This document shows, one piece after another, positions 52,445 to 64,000 of a stretch of 64,000 nt of DNA (positions are counted from its first letter, which is position 1; every line of letters begins with the position of its first letter). The position numbers and the translations under genes are program-made. The stretch covers positions 8,210-72,209 of the forward strand of contig NW_021833850.1 in NCBI RefSeq assembly GCF_006345805.1, given 5' to 3'. The notes beneath the pieces are model-generated. The model saw only the letters and a program-made list of their open reading frames with translations, was not told where the DNA came from and ran no database searches. Source of the stretch: Octopus sinensis (taxonomy: Eukaryota).

Positions 52445-53567
52445 CAATTGAACAGACCTATCATCGAAGGCATTTTAACTGTTTATAGCCTGTCTTTTTA
52501 GGAATAGATTATGTGTGTCTTTTCTTATTTATTAAAGATAGGTAAAGAGACCAATTAGTAAGTGTTACATTGGTTCGCGTGGGTTGGTTTTCCACTCTGG
52601 TAACCAACCTGTCACTAATTTCCCTTTTCCGTTTGGGCAGCGAAGCTATTCACAATATGATATTCAAGAGGGTTTGTAGGTTTCAGTAAATTTAGTTGCT
52701 GCAAAGATTGAAACAGTGTGACGTTTCAGGTACAAATACCCCCGAAGTACTCTTGTCCGCAAACGTTAGATTATTTTTATACCTCACCAAACTCTCCTCC
52801 AAAATGTCATAAGTACCGTTGCTAACATCCAGCCTTACCACATGCTTCACATTGAGGATTTTACAGTGGTCATAATATGTGCAGGCATTTAGAAGCGTAC
52901 ATGAAAGGGAGCGTCATGTAGTCGAAATTTCCAAGTACTTCACTGAGCTTCTACGGATTTTTGCAGAAGTGAAATTTCAACGCATTCTCGTCTGCTTTCC
53001 TTTGATTGAATGTGTGTGCGCGTGCGAATTTTGACGCATTATTTGAGCTTCCATGCATTCTTATAGATTTTTCTAAATATCTGTTAATAGATACAAATTT
53101 CTGTGAATTTCGTAGACTTCCTTCCATTTCTGTGAGCTCCTTTTGGTTTCCGAAGATTTCTGTGCGCTTCAGTTGTTTTTTTTACTTTGTCTGTTCCAAT
53201 CATTTTGTATCTGGCATTCGTGTTAACTTGCCCAATCAAGTTAATAATATCTGTGTTTTTATTATAATTCATGCATGCGTTTTAACCTACTTTAGAAGTA
53301 CAGTTAATCGTAATTGTTGTTAAGTCTTTTGGTGTATTCGTGTGTCATTTTTTAACATTCTATTTCTTCCTTAATTTCTATGTAAATGTTTACAGGAAGT
53401 TACTTAGACGAACGTCTGCGTGGTTGTTGTTGTTTGCGCCATATTTGCTATTATTAGACATACCTATTATTAAAAATGTCCAAGTGATAACTGTCTCGTC
53501 ATTTATTCAGACACAGTACATCTAAAAATATTTCATCTACGATCTACATCCTTAATAGGAAAGTATA

Positions 53568-53717
53568 GGCGCTGGAGTGGCTGTGTGGGAAGTAGCTTGC
53601 TTACCAATCACGTGGTTCTGGGTGGCACCTTGGGCAAGTGTCTTCTACTATAGCCTCGGGCTGACCAAAGCGTTGTGAGTGGATTTGGTAGACGGAAACT
53701 GAAAGAAGCCCGTCGTA

Positions 53718-53764
<47 letters not shown>

Positions 53765-53972
53765 ATATGCTTGTGTGTCTGTGTTAGTCCCCTACCATCG
53801 CTTGACAACCGATGCTGGTGTGTTTACGTCCCCGTAACTTAACGATTCGGCAAAAGAGACCGATAGAATAAGTACTAGGCTTACAAATCTGGGGGCGATT
53901 TGCTCGACTAAAAAAAAACGGTGCTCCAGCATGGCCGCAGTCAAATGACTGAAACAAGTAAAAGAGTAAGAG
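53568..53972 (+). mobile_element. Full-length SINE B with a small head deletion
   Basis: Matches the 12637 copy. Confidence 0.9.
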
Positions 53973-54409
53973 TATAATTTTAGGCATTTGCCTCGAGCAA
54001 GTCAACTATCGTGTGATAGACTGAGCAGTTCTTGTTTAGCTCCAACAAACCCTGATCAAGCGGACCAATAATCAAAGGACAAGGACATGACTATGAACAC
54101 CTTCAATTCTGACAAATTGTTTTTAGAATTACATTGTTCAAGGAGTTCTACCACCGTTTAATAAAATCCAGATGTAATTGGAATGGAAGGACTTGTGTTC
54201 GTTATTTCCGAAGATACTCTATTATTGGCTACAAAAGTGTATATCATATTACAAATAATTTTTATTTTAAATTAGTGTTTAAATAGAAGACAAAGACGAA
54301 AAATTGTCCCGATGCCTCTATAACTTTTCGTTAAAGGCAACCGCAATCAATTTACGTTGCTTCTAAGAGACAATTCTTACTAGGCATTACTGGCCCCCGA
54401 ATATCTTAA

Positions 54410-54740
54410 AGAAACCTTTCGGTCATGAATGACCATGGGATTGCACCTAGAATGTTACCCTCCAAGGCACAAGTCCGGGCAAGGTTGTTTATGGAAGACC
54501 AGCAGTCGCCCATGGAATGCATACTAGTCTTCACTCTCCACGGCACCAATGTTATCCAAGGGGAAGGCAAAGGCCGATACAGCTTGGTACCAATGACGTC
54601 GCAACTAATTTCTATAACTGAGTGAACTGGGGCATCGTGAAATAAAATGACTTGCTCAAGAACACAACATTATCCAGGAATCGAACTCACTGTTTCATGA
54701 TTGTGAGCCCAATACTCTAACTACTAAGCCATGCGCCTAT
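54410..54740 (-). mobile_element. SINE D (tRNA head, CORE-like domain)
   Basis: Minus strand aggcgcatggcttagtagttagagt...gagttcgattcc...gtgttcttgagcaagtcattttatttcac. Confidence 0.75.
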
Positions 54741-54954
54741 ATTTGACAGTGACGTTAAGGTTTGTTTATGGGATTCTTTAGTGCACAATTTGTGCGTGTG
54801 TGTGTGTGTGTGTGGGGGGGTCTGTGTTTGTCCAACACCACTGCTTGACAGCTGGTGTGTTCAGGTAACTTAATGGTTCGGTAAAAGAGACCGATAGAAT
54901 ATTTTTGTTCAAAGCTCTAATGATTCTACCAATCCACTACTCTTCTAAATATGT

Positions 54955-55075
54955 ACTATAGCCTCGGGCTAACCAAAGCCTTGTGAGTGGATTTGGTAGA
55001 TGGAAACTGAAAGAAAGCCCGTTGTGTATATATATAATAATATATAATATATAATAATTATATATATAAATATAT

Positions 55076-55145
<70 letters not shown>

Positions 55146-55223
55146 TATGTATATATATATGTATATAATATATATATTATATTATATATATATATGTATA
55201 TATATAATATGTATATATATAAT

Positions 55224-55256
<33 letters not shown>

Positions 55257-55490
55257 TATGGGGACGGGGTATATCTAATTGTGTGTCTTTGTGTATGTAT
55301 TTGTCCCCCACCGTCGCTTAACAACCGTTGTTAGTGTGTTTACGTCCGGATAACATACCGGTTCGGCAAAAGACACCAGTAGAATAAGTAATCGGCTTTA
55401 GAAAATAAGTCCTGAGCACCAAAACCCGTCAAGGCGGTGCCCCACCGTGGCCTCAGTCAAATGACTGAAACAAGTAAAAGATAAAATATA
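54955..55490 (+). mobile_element. Headless SINE B with an expanded internal (TA)n
   Basis: tactatagcctcggg...gaaagccc, about 230 bp of TA repeat, then the tail. Confidence 0.8.
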
Positions 55491-55962
55491 TAGGCATAAT
55501 CCAGAAAGGATATTAAAGAATGAAAAAACATACCATGCACCAATCGACTCAGAAATGAGACCAAAACTAATGAGTCGGCGATTGTTGTCAAGGAAACCCG
55601 GATAAAAAGTGCTTCCTTATAGAAGTATTAGTCTAAAAGTATAACTCTAAAAGAATTAGAGAAATTTACTACCGTATTTCCTGGCATACACGTTGAAGTT
55701 TTCAGACCAATATTACAGCCAAGAAAGGTAGGTCGACATATACGCCCAGACGACTTTGAAGGACCAAAGTTTCCTTTGAAAATGCTGAAGAATTTAGAAA
55801 GATATTAACGTTTGACTGTTTGCACTGCATGTTTACATTATATATTGTGTCTAATTGTACGCCGGAGGATACAGTAAATATAAAAATTGGGAAATAGAGA
55901 TAATCAGATTATGAGGACTGAGAATAGAAACATTCTTATACTAGCAATAGGTACCTTATAAT

Positions 55963-56383
55963 GTATTTCTTTATTACCCACAAGGGGCTAAACATAGAAG
56001 GGACAAACAAGGACAGACAAGGGGATTAAGTCGATTATATCGACCCCAGTGCGTAACTGGTGCTTATTTAATCGACCCTGAAAGGATGAAAGGCAAAGTC
56101 GACGTCGGCGGAATTTGAACTCAGAACGTAACGGCAGACGAAATACCTATTTCTTTACTACTCACAAGGGGCTAAACACAGAGGGAACAAACAAGGACAG
56201 ACAAACGGATTAAGTCGATTATATCGACCCCAGTGCGTAACTAGTACTTATTTAATCGACCCCGAAAGGATGAAAGGCAAAGTCGACCTCGGCGGAAATT
56301 GAACTCAGAACGTAACGGTAGACGAAATACCGCTCGGCATTTCGCCCGACGTGCTAATAATGCTGCCAGCTCGCCACCTTCAT
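55963..56383 (-). mobile_element. SINE A dimer inside one 12-bp TSD
   Basis: GTACCTTATAAT at 55951-55962 and 56384-56395; head plus two long-tail units. Confidence 0.92.
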
Positions 56384-57734
56384 GTACCTTATAATTGAAA
56401 TGCAGACAATTATGTAACGAAACCCGAAGATTTATTTATGCAAAACAGAGAAAATAACAGAACTTAGCAATATAAAAATATTATGTAAAACTTTTTTAAT
56501 ACAATAGAAAATACTAAAACAAAACAGAACACTGCACATACACAAGGCGAGCAGAGATGTGTTTGGCTCAGTAGTGAAAACAATACACAAAGAAAATATG
56601 ACTACTGAAAAAAAAATCGTGGTGATGTTATTTTACTATTGTTTGAAGGGAGGTGAATATAGGACACAGGAAAATAGCAAAACAGTGGGGGCTTTTACAC
56701 TGAGTGGAAGACAAACCACAAACGAATGAGATATATTGTGTGTTGTGTTGGGAGAGAGAGAGAGAGAGAAATACATATATGCATACATACATTTACATAC
56801 ATGTATATACACACGTGTGTCAGTATATATATATATATATATACGAACCAAGATAGGCACAAATGCCTTGGGCCAACCACAGGACACCCAGAAATGATAA
56901 TAAAACAGTGGTAAATTCAAGTGTGTGTGCTTTTGTGTATAACTGTGTGTGTACGTTCTGACTGAGCAATATGACTCCATGATGTAATTGTTATACTTTC
57001 AACAAACGATCCCTATCTCAGATCATATGATATTGCAAAACGGGTGGGACAAAAGCAAACACACACACACACACACATACACACACACAGAGAGACACAC
57101 ACATATGTGATGTATATATATGTATAATATGTAATATGATCTAGAGTATCTATATTAATTCTGTATCAGAATATATTTCAGGCGTTGCACAATAACTTCG
57201 AGTGAGAACATATGGCATTGACAACCGCAAGATTGAATGCACACATACACACACGCACGCACACACACACACCACACACACACACACGCATGCACGCACA
57301 CGTACGCGCGCATATGTATGTACGTATTCATGCATGGTTGTTTGTGCATCTGCGTGTATGTTAACATCTAAGTTCGATGAAAATTTGTCCCGCCTCACTT
57401 GACATCGTTTTCCAGATTCTTCCACTTCGTTTATATCGTTATCTCCTTCAAGTTATCTCCCTTGAAAACACCGCCATTTTCTCGTTATCGCATTTATTAT
57501 TTCTTACTTGCTTTTATTTCATTTTATTTTAGTTTCGTTTTCTTTATTTTTTTTGTTTTTTCGGTTGCTTATTTATCTTTTCTTTTTTGCTTTTTTCTTT
57601 CTGCCTACTCTTTTGAAAGAAAACGATGGTTTTTAAATAAATCACCCACAATGGATGCGACCAGACAACAATTTGACAACCTGACTTCTGCAGCTGGTAG
57701 TCATTTTTTGCGCTCTGCAGAACAATTATATATA

Positions 57735-57740
57735 TATGTA

Positions 57741-57806
<66 letters not shown>

Positions 57807-58211
57807 TGTGTGTGTGAGTGTGTGTGTCTGTGTGTGTGTGTGTGTAAGTATGTATTGCGAGAGAGAGAGTGTGTGTGTGTGTGTGTGCGAGAGCGAACGC
57901 ACACACGTATACACTAACGCATACGCTTCCACAAGCAGTGGGCCTTGTAATTCAGATCATACTTATTAGTATATCTATTACTTATATTTCTCTGCTTCTC
58001 TCTCTCTCTTTCTCTCTCTCTCTCTGCAATGAACGGTAGAAAATGTATTCACTTACAGGATAACCAATCAAGCTCTGTGTGTGTATGTGTGCGTGTCTGC
58101 GCGCGTGTGCATGTGTGTGTGGATATGTGTATGTATGTGTGTGTGTTTTTCTGTGCTTGCGTGTGCGCGAGCGTGTATGTGTGCGTACGTATGTGCGTTA
58201 GATACATAGAC

Positions 58212-58277
<66 letters not shown>

Positions 58278-58563
58278 TAGACGTGTATGTATGCTTGAGT
58301 ATGTGTATTTGTTCGCGTGCACTCATAACTTCACACGCACGCACACACACGCACACACACACACCACACACACACACACACCACACGCACATTTGGATGG
58401 GGGTTGCATGTGAGCACATGTGTGTATGAGACAGTTAAGAGTTTGAGTGAACAACTGTCAACATTGCGATGATTTAAAGGATAAACGTACATAGCAAAAA
58501 TTACTTAAGTTATATGACTGAAACGAAAGTGAAAAAAAGAAAGAAAGAAAGAAAGAAAGAAAG

Positions 58564-58594
<31 letters not shown>

Positions 58595-59462
58595 AGGAAA
58601 GAAAGAAGGAAAGAAAGAAGGAAAGAAAGAATGAGAGGAGGAGAAAGAAAGAAAGATGGGGGAGATTGAAGGTGAGAGAGAAAACGCTGACAAATATACA
58701 GAACGAGAGAGAGAGAGAGAGAGCCACAGCAAGAGGGGCGGGTCCTTGATAAGGAAAGAGAGAAAGTGAGTGAGTGAGTGAGTGAGCGAGTGAGTGAGTG
58801 AGTGAGTGAGTGAGTGAGTGAGCGAGTGAGTGAGTGAGTGAGTGAGTGCGGTTTGAAAGGTGATAGTTAATTGCATGTAATGGATTTAGTAATTTCCCTG
58901 GTGTGACATCAGTGTTGCAGATCACTTGCAGAGCATGTCCCCATTTCGAGCGTTTGCCTGTTTAGTTAGCACTAAGTGACTTAACCCTAGCATCATAATT
59001 TAAACTAGACAGATAAGCAGACACAGACAGGCACATACGGGGAGAGACGCAAATACACACACACACACACACACACACACAGAGGCACACACAAATGCAT
59101 ACATACATATATCCATCTATGTGTGTATATATAATGTCAGCATGTGTATATATATATATGGATATATTTACATACTATAAGCTTATATATATATATACAT
59201 GGACACATATAGACGTCATACGTACATACATAAACACACACAGATACATATACAATATGTATGTATGTATACACACGCGCACATTTATGTGTTTGTTTTG
59301 CAAGATTCTTGATGTGAAAACGTGTGTTGAAACAGATATTGTTAAACTTGAGGATAGTCATCTTTTGCCAATTAATTGGTAAAGGACGGCTATCCCCAAG
59401 TATAATAGTACACATACACACCACACACACACACACACACACACATATACATATATACATAC

Positions 59463-59493
<31 letters not shown>

Positions 59494-59560
59494 CATTATA
59501 TATATTATAATTATATAGATATATATATATATATAATATATATATATTATATATATAATA
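57735..59560. repeat. Microsatellite block (TG, GATA, GAAA, GAGT, CA, TA)
   Basis: Directly visible. Confidence 0.9.
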
Positions 59561-60171
59561 ATGAGAAAGGGAGAGAGATATTAGTGTGGGAAATTTCGTC
59601 CTATGTCTCAGCAAATATTTCAATCTATTAAGATAAATCTTTGTTCTCCGATGTCCCATCGAATTCTAAATACGATAGATATTATTATATAAATTATCAA
59701 ACACTCACGTAAAGTTATACCAAAATTTTTCTTGAACTAGAGTGAGAAATACTTTTTCATTGCTGCTCCTATTTTGTACAATCTTATATTTTGAATTCAG
59801 ATATGCTAAGGTACTTTTTGTTTAGTTTTAAGAACACGAAGAGGGGCTTTAACATAGCTTTATTTGTTATGGCTAAAACAAAGTAAAGAAGTGGGTAATA
59901 TTTGAAATAATGGTGTTCCTACATAATGTAAGAAAGAAGAATTTCAACACAGTATTCTCACAACCATCTTAAACTTTACTAACGGGGAACAATAAGTTTT
60001 TTTCATGTCCAGACAAACAGATGTATATCTCGTAAATTTATATACGAAAATATCTCATGATGTATTGGAGAAATTCTTATGCATGCATACGTACATGCAT
60101 AGATACGGACGTCCAAATATACATACAAACACACATACCACGATATCGAGGACTATAAAAATCTGCAAGAC

Positions 60172-60230
60172 GTATTTTTAACGACCATCCTTTAAATCTT
60201 AAGATTTAAAGGATGGTGGTTAAAAAATAC
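60172..60230. repeat. Near-perfect spacerless palindrome centred on TTAA
   Basis: accatcctttaaatctt|aagatttaaaggatggt, with further mirrored flanks. Confidence 0.9.
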
Positions 60231-62597
60231 TTTCCTTCACAACCTTGCTGCCATTTAGGTGGAAGGTCAAATTTCCCCTAAAATTTAGAAAAGAGAACAC
60301 ACACACACACACACACACACATCTGTGCATATTTACATACACGCATTCGTTCAATGTTTCTTCTACATTTTCGTAATTAGTGTGTGCAAAAACTTAGATT
60401 ACGCAATTTTGTTTTTTCCTTTGACAAAATTATGTGCGTACTGAATATTTGTGATAAGGTAAATTTGAAACTTCTTCAAAATAATTTTAGCACAGCCTCT
60501 CACCTATTGCTAATAAAATTGTATTGGTATGTTTTAATCAGAGCCTGATAATATAACCAACGAAAAAAAAACCCATCCAGACACCCAAGTAGTTTTAAAC
60601 CAAGCTCATTTTAAAAAAATAGTATTTTTAATAAAATAGATTTATCGAAACATCTTTTGGAATATATGTTTAGGAACTTTTTTAAAAAGTAAACTTCTAG
60701 TAAACTTCTATTGAAATGAAATTAATCTAAAAATTTTCCATGATAATAAAATTCCTTAAAGAATTACAACATACACTTCCTTAAAAAAAATTACGTAAGC
60801 TCGTGGAGTGTGTTTATTTATTTATTTATTTATTTTAGTGGAAGCGGTTTGTTATAAAACGATGTTGTAATCCTTCCTATTTTGATATAATACAGACATA
60901 TCATCGATTTTCCGGAACCTTTGATTCCAAAGCCATTTCGGAATACTGATTTTCCGAATCAGGGGTAGTCACACTCTAAATTAAACAAACATTAAATTTA
61001 CTTAAATAATTAAATGAGATACAGATACCTGTACATTAGTATAAATGATACAGATTTAGTAATACGGTTTTGGACGAGGTGCTAGTCTGTGCAAGATACC
61101 TGTAAACTAATTTGAAGTGCTCATAAATTAGTGCGGATTATAAGAGGTTCTAGATCATCAGTATCCAGAGAGTCGATGATGTACAAGTATGATTACATTT
61201 TTTTAATGAAATTACCTATTGAGTTCAAAATTTATTCTATTCTCAGTTTGTTTTTTCCGCTCAGGAAAAAAAAGAAGAAAAACAACAGTAATATGTATTT
61301 CTTGCTTTTATGCGATACAATGTGAAAATAATAACAACAGCATCCACCAACTCACACATTATAGTGATTATTGAAGTTGCTGGCAATGTTTATATCAAAA
61401 CCTATTTAATTACAGAACTAGCTGACTATTCAGACGCTGTGATGTTCACAGCATACTTCACGCGGATTTACGAAATATTTGACATAAGACTGCGCAGAAT
61501 AACATACGTATTTAAGTCACTCTACAATTTTATCTCTCCCGCCTATTTGGCATTTTACCCAAGCTCTGTAAACTTTCGACTAATATCAACTCTATTTAAT
61601 TCATAGTGTTTTTTTTTTGGTTTTTCCAATTTTAAGTTTTTCAGCATGTTTTTGAGTTCACGAAGATACAACGTCGCTTATACTCTTCACAAGACACGAG
61701 AAGTGTTTCCTCAAATTTGAAGTACGAATACTACCATGTACTCGTCTACTTGTTTCAGTCATTGGACTACGGCCATACTCGACTATTGTCTTAAAGGGTT
61801 AGTCGAAAAATATCGACTCCATTATTATTATAAGTATAGTACTTGTTTGTTCCTCACCACCAGGACAAACACAAAACTTGCACACATACTTACATGGATC
61901 AATACACACACACACATACACATATACAAACAAATTATTTGTGGATGTATGCTGCTAATCATAAGATAATGTGGTAAGCCATCGATGGTAGTTGAAACAG
62001 GTTTTCGTAAACTTTACGATCAACAAACATGACTGCAAATGTGCAGCTTCTGAACAAGCTGGAACAAAAGCGGTAAGGTGACGTAAATTAACTATGTGTG
62101 AAACAGTATTTTTAAAACTAATTAACAGAAACAGTTAATAAGTTATTTTCGGTATTTATTAAAACGTTACTTTAGGCGGCAAACATCTATACACGGATTG
62201 TTTTTTTTCTTTTCCTTTTTTTTTGTTTGCAACAGTTGCAAAACAAGTGTACGTGCGAACATGTGCACAGCAATGTACATGTACAAGGATATATGTATAT
62301 ATGTGTGTAAGGGCATGCATGTCCGTGCGTATGCCTAGATAACTCAATTTAATTCACTCTCTCCCCCACTCTCTACACACATACACACATGTTGTTTACG
62401 TCTTCGTAGCAGTCGAAGAAGATAAATAATCCTTTCTATAACAGGCACAAGGCCTGAAATTTGGCGGAGGTGGTTAATCGATTTAATCGATCCCAGTGCT
62501 TCACTAATACTTATTTTATTGACCACAAAATGGTTAAGAAGAAAATAGAAATTCGGTAGATAGATCTTATCTTTATTGAGAGCGCTAATATATATCT

Positions 62598-62816
62598 ATT
62601 TCTTTATTACCCACAAGGGGCTAAACATAGAGGGGACAAACAAGGACAGACATAGGTATTAAGTCGATTGCATCGACCCCAGTGCGTAACTGGTACTTAA
62701 TTTATTGACCTCGAAAGGATGAAAGGCAAAGTCGACCTCGGCGGAATTTGAACTCAGAACGTAACAGCAGACGAAATACGGCTACGCATTTCGCCCGGCG
62801 TGCTAACGATTCTGCC
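62598..62816 (-). mobile_element. SINE A monomer with a 19-bp TSD, next to an older short-tail copy (about 62435-62560)
   Basis: AGAGCGCTAATATATATCT at 62579-62597 and 62817-62835. Confidence 0.92.
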
Positions 62817-63422
62817 AGAGCGCTAATATATATCTTTTAGTTGTACATGCCGAGCAAGAAACTTACACCGCAACCAAGGGTTGAACTTGAATTGTTTACA
62901 TCACGGAAAAACCACTTCAGCAAACAACTCACAAAAACTTACCATCTGTTTCTTAAGTTGTTAAACATTTCGTCGAATCACTTGATCTGATTACTGGCGG
63001 GCGTAGTTCTCCGCTGTAATTACTAACTTACAGTAGAACTGTGTCAGTGACCAAGTCGCAGGAGTACAACGAAATTTTTGAGACTAAAAACTTTAAAGAT
63101 AAACGTCTGCTCCCTGGCAGATAAATAAAAGTGTGTAGATAAGAATATCAGTAAGTTAGTAGGACACTCACACACTTTTACGACTCGTATATCGTACCTA
63201 CACACTCTGACGTACACACACATTCATACATACCCGTATACGTACATACACACTCACACACGCGCGCGCGTGGATGTTCTTATCAATACATCCGGTGCTA
63301 CTTTGGCGTGTGATCTACAACCCAAAGAACGATTACTTTAGGTTATTTTTTAGTTTACTTTTCAATTTGTAAAAACACTTAACATGTTGGCTAAAGATTT
63401 TCTCTTACAATAAATTCTTTTG

Positions 63423-63716
63423 TGGCAGAAATGTTAGCACGCCGGGCTAAATGCTTAGCAGTATTTCGTCTGCCGCTTGGTTCTGAGTTCAAATTCCGCC
63501 GAGGTCGACTTTGCCTTTCATCTTTTCGGGGTCGATTAAATAAGTACCAGTTACGCACTGGGGTCGATATAATCGGCTTAATCCGTTTCTCTGTCCTTGT
63601 TTGTCCTCTATGTGTTTAGCCCCTTGTGGGTAGTAAAGAAATAGGTATTTCGTACGTCGTTAAAAGGCGGTGCCCCAGCATGGCCACAACTCGTGAGCTG
63701 AAACTAGATGAAATAA
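63423..63716 (+). mobile_element. SINE A monomer ending in a 10-nt restart (ggtatttcgt), followed by a separate short LINE-like tail
   Basis: aaagaaata|ggtatttcgt at 63644-63653; ggcggtgccccagcatggccacaactc from about 63666. Confidence 0.88.
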
Positions 63717-64000
63717 ATACTTAGCATTGTAAATGTATTTTTTCAAAATTCTTGCTATTTTAATAATAATAAAACCATGTTTCATTTATGTCTCAGAAAG
63801 CAATAATAGCAAACCAAGAATAAACAATATAATAATTAAAATAAGCATTTAGATCACACAAGTTCGACAGCCGCGAGTTCTGCAAAATAAAGAAACTAAA
63901 AACTAACTTAAAGTAATCGCTTTTGAATTTGTAGATAACCCACCAAAGTAGTACCACACTTCCTTTGGTTGTCTACCAAGGAACATATAGCTGATACCAT

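Overview
AT-rich, microsatellite-dense eukaryotic DNA. The SINE families and simple-repeat load look cephalopod, most likely Octopus (recognition from memory, not a database result). I found no supportable host protein-coding exon, rRNA, true tRNA or CRISPR array; nearly all ORFs in the track are translated microsatellites or transposon remnants. Mobile elements present: an RT-less Ty3/Gypsy (Mag-like) LTR element (1790-4932); three Tx1/L1-like LINE remnants; Helitrons, including a helicase-coding 3' half and two complete minis; Penelope-like (PLE) remnants; mariner, hAT, pogo, piggyBac and foldback MITEs; and at least four tRNA-derived SINE families, one forming 184-bp multimers. The strongest signal is ribozyme-related. 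Two core-intact minimal hammerhead ribozymes lie in tandem on the minus strand (16756-16927), 126 nt apart. With an adjacent inverted copy they reconstruct a roughly 324-nt non-coding retrozyme/pLTR-like unit. Several other long foldbacks are also centred just 5' of hammerhead-like motifs. Also notable: a locally templated inverted insertion in the Gypsy gag, unevenly diverged LTRs, and a head-to-tail Helitron junction. All coordinates and alignments were read by eye.
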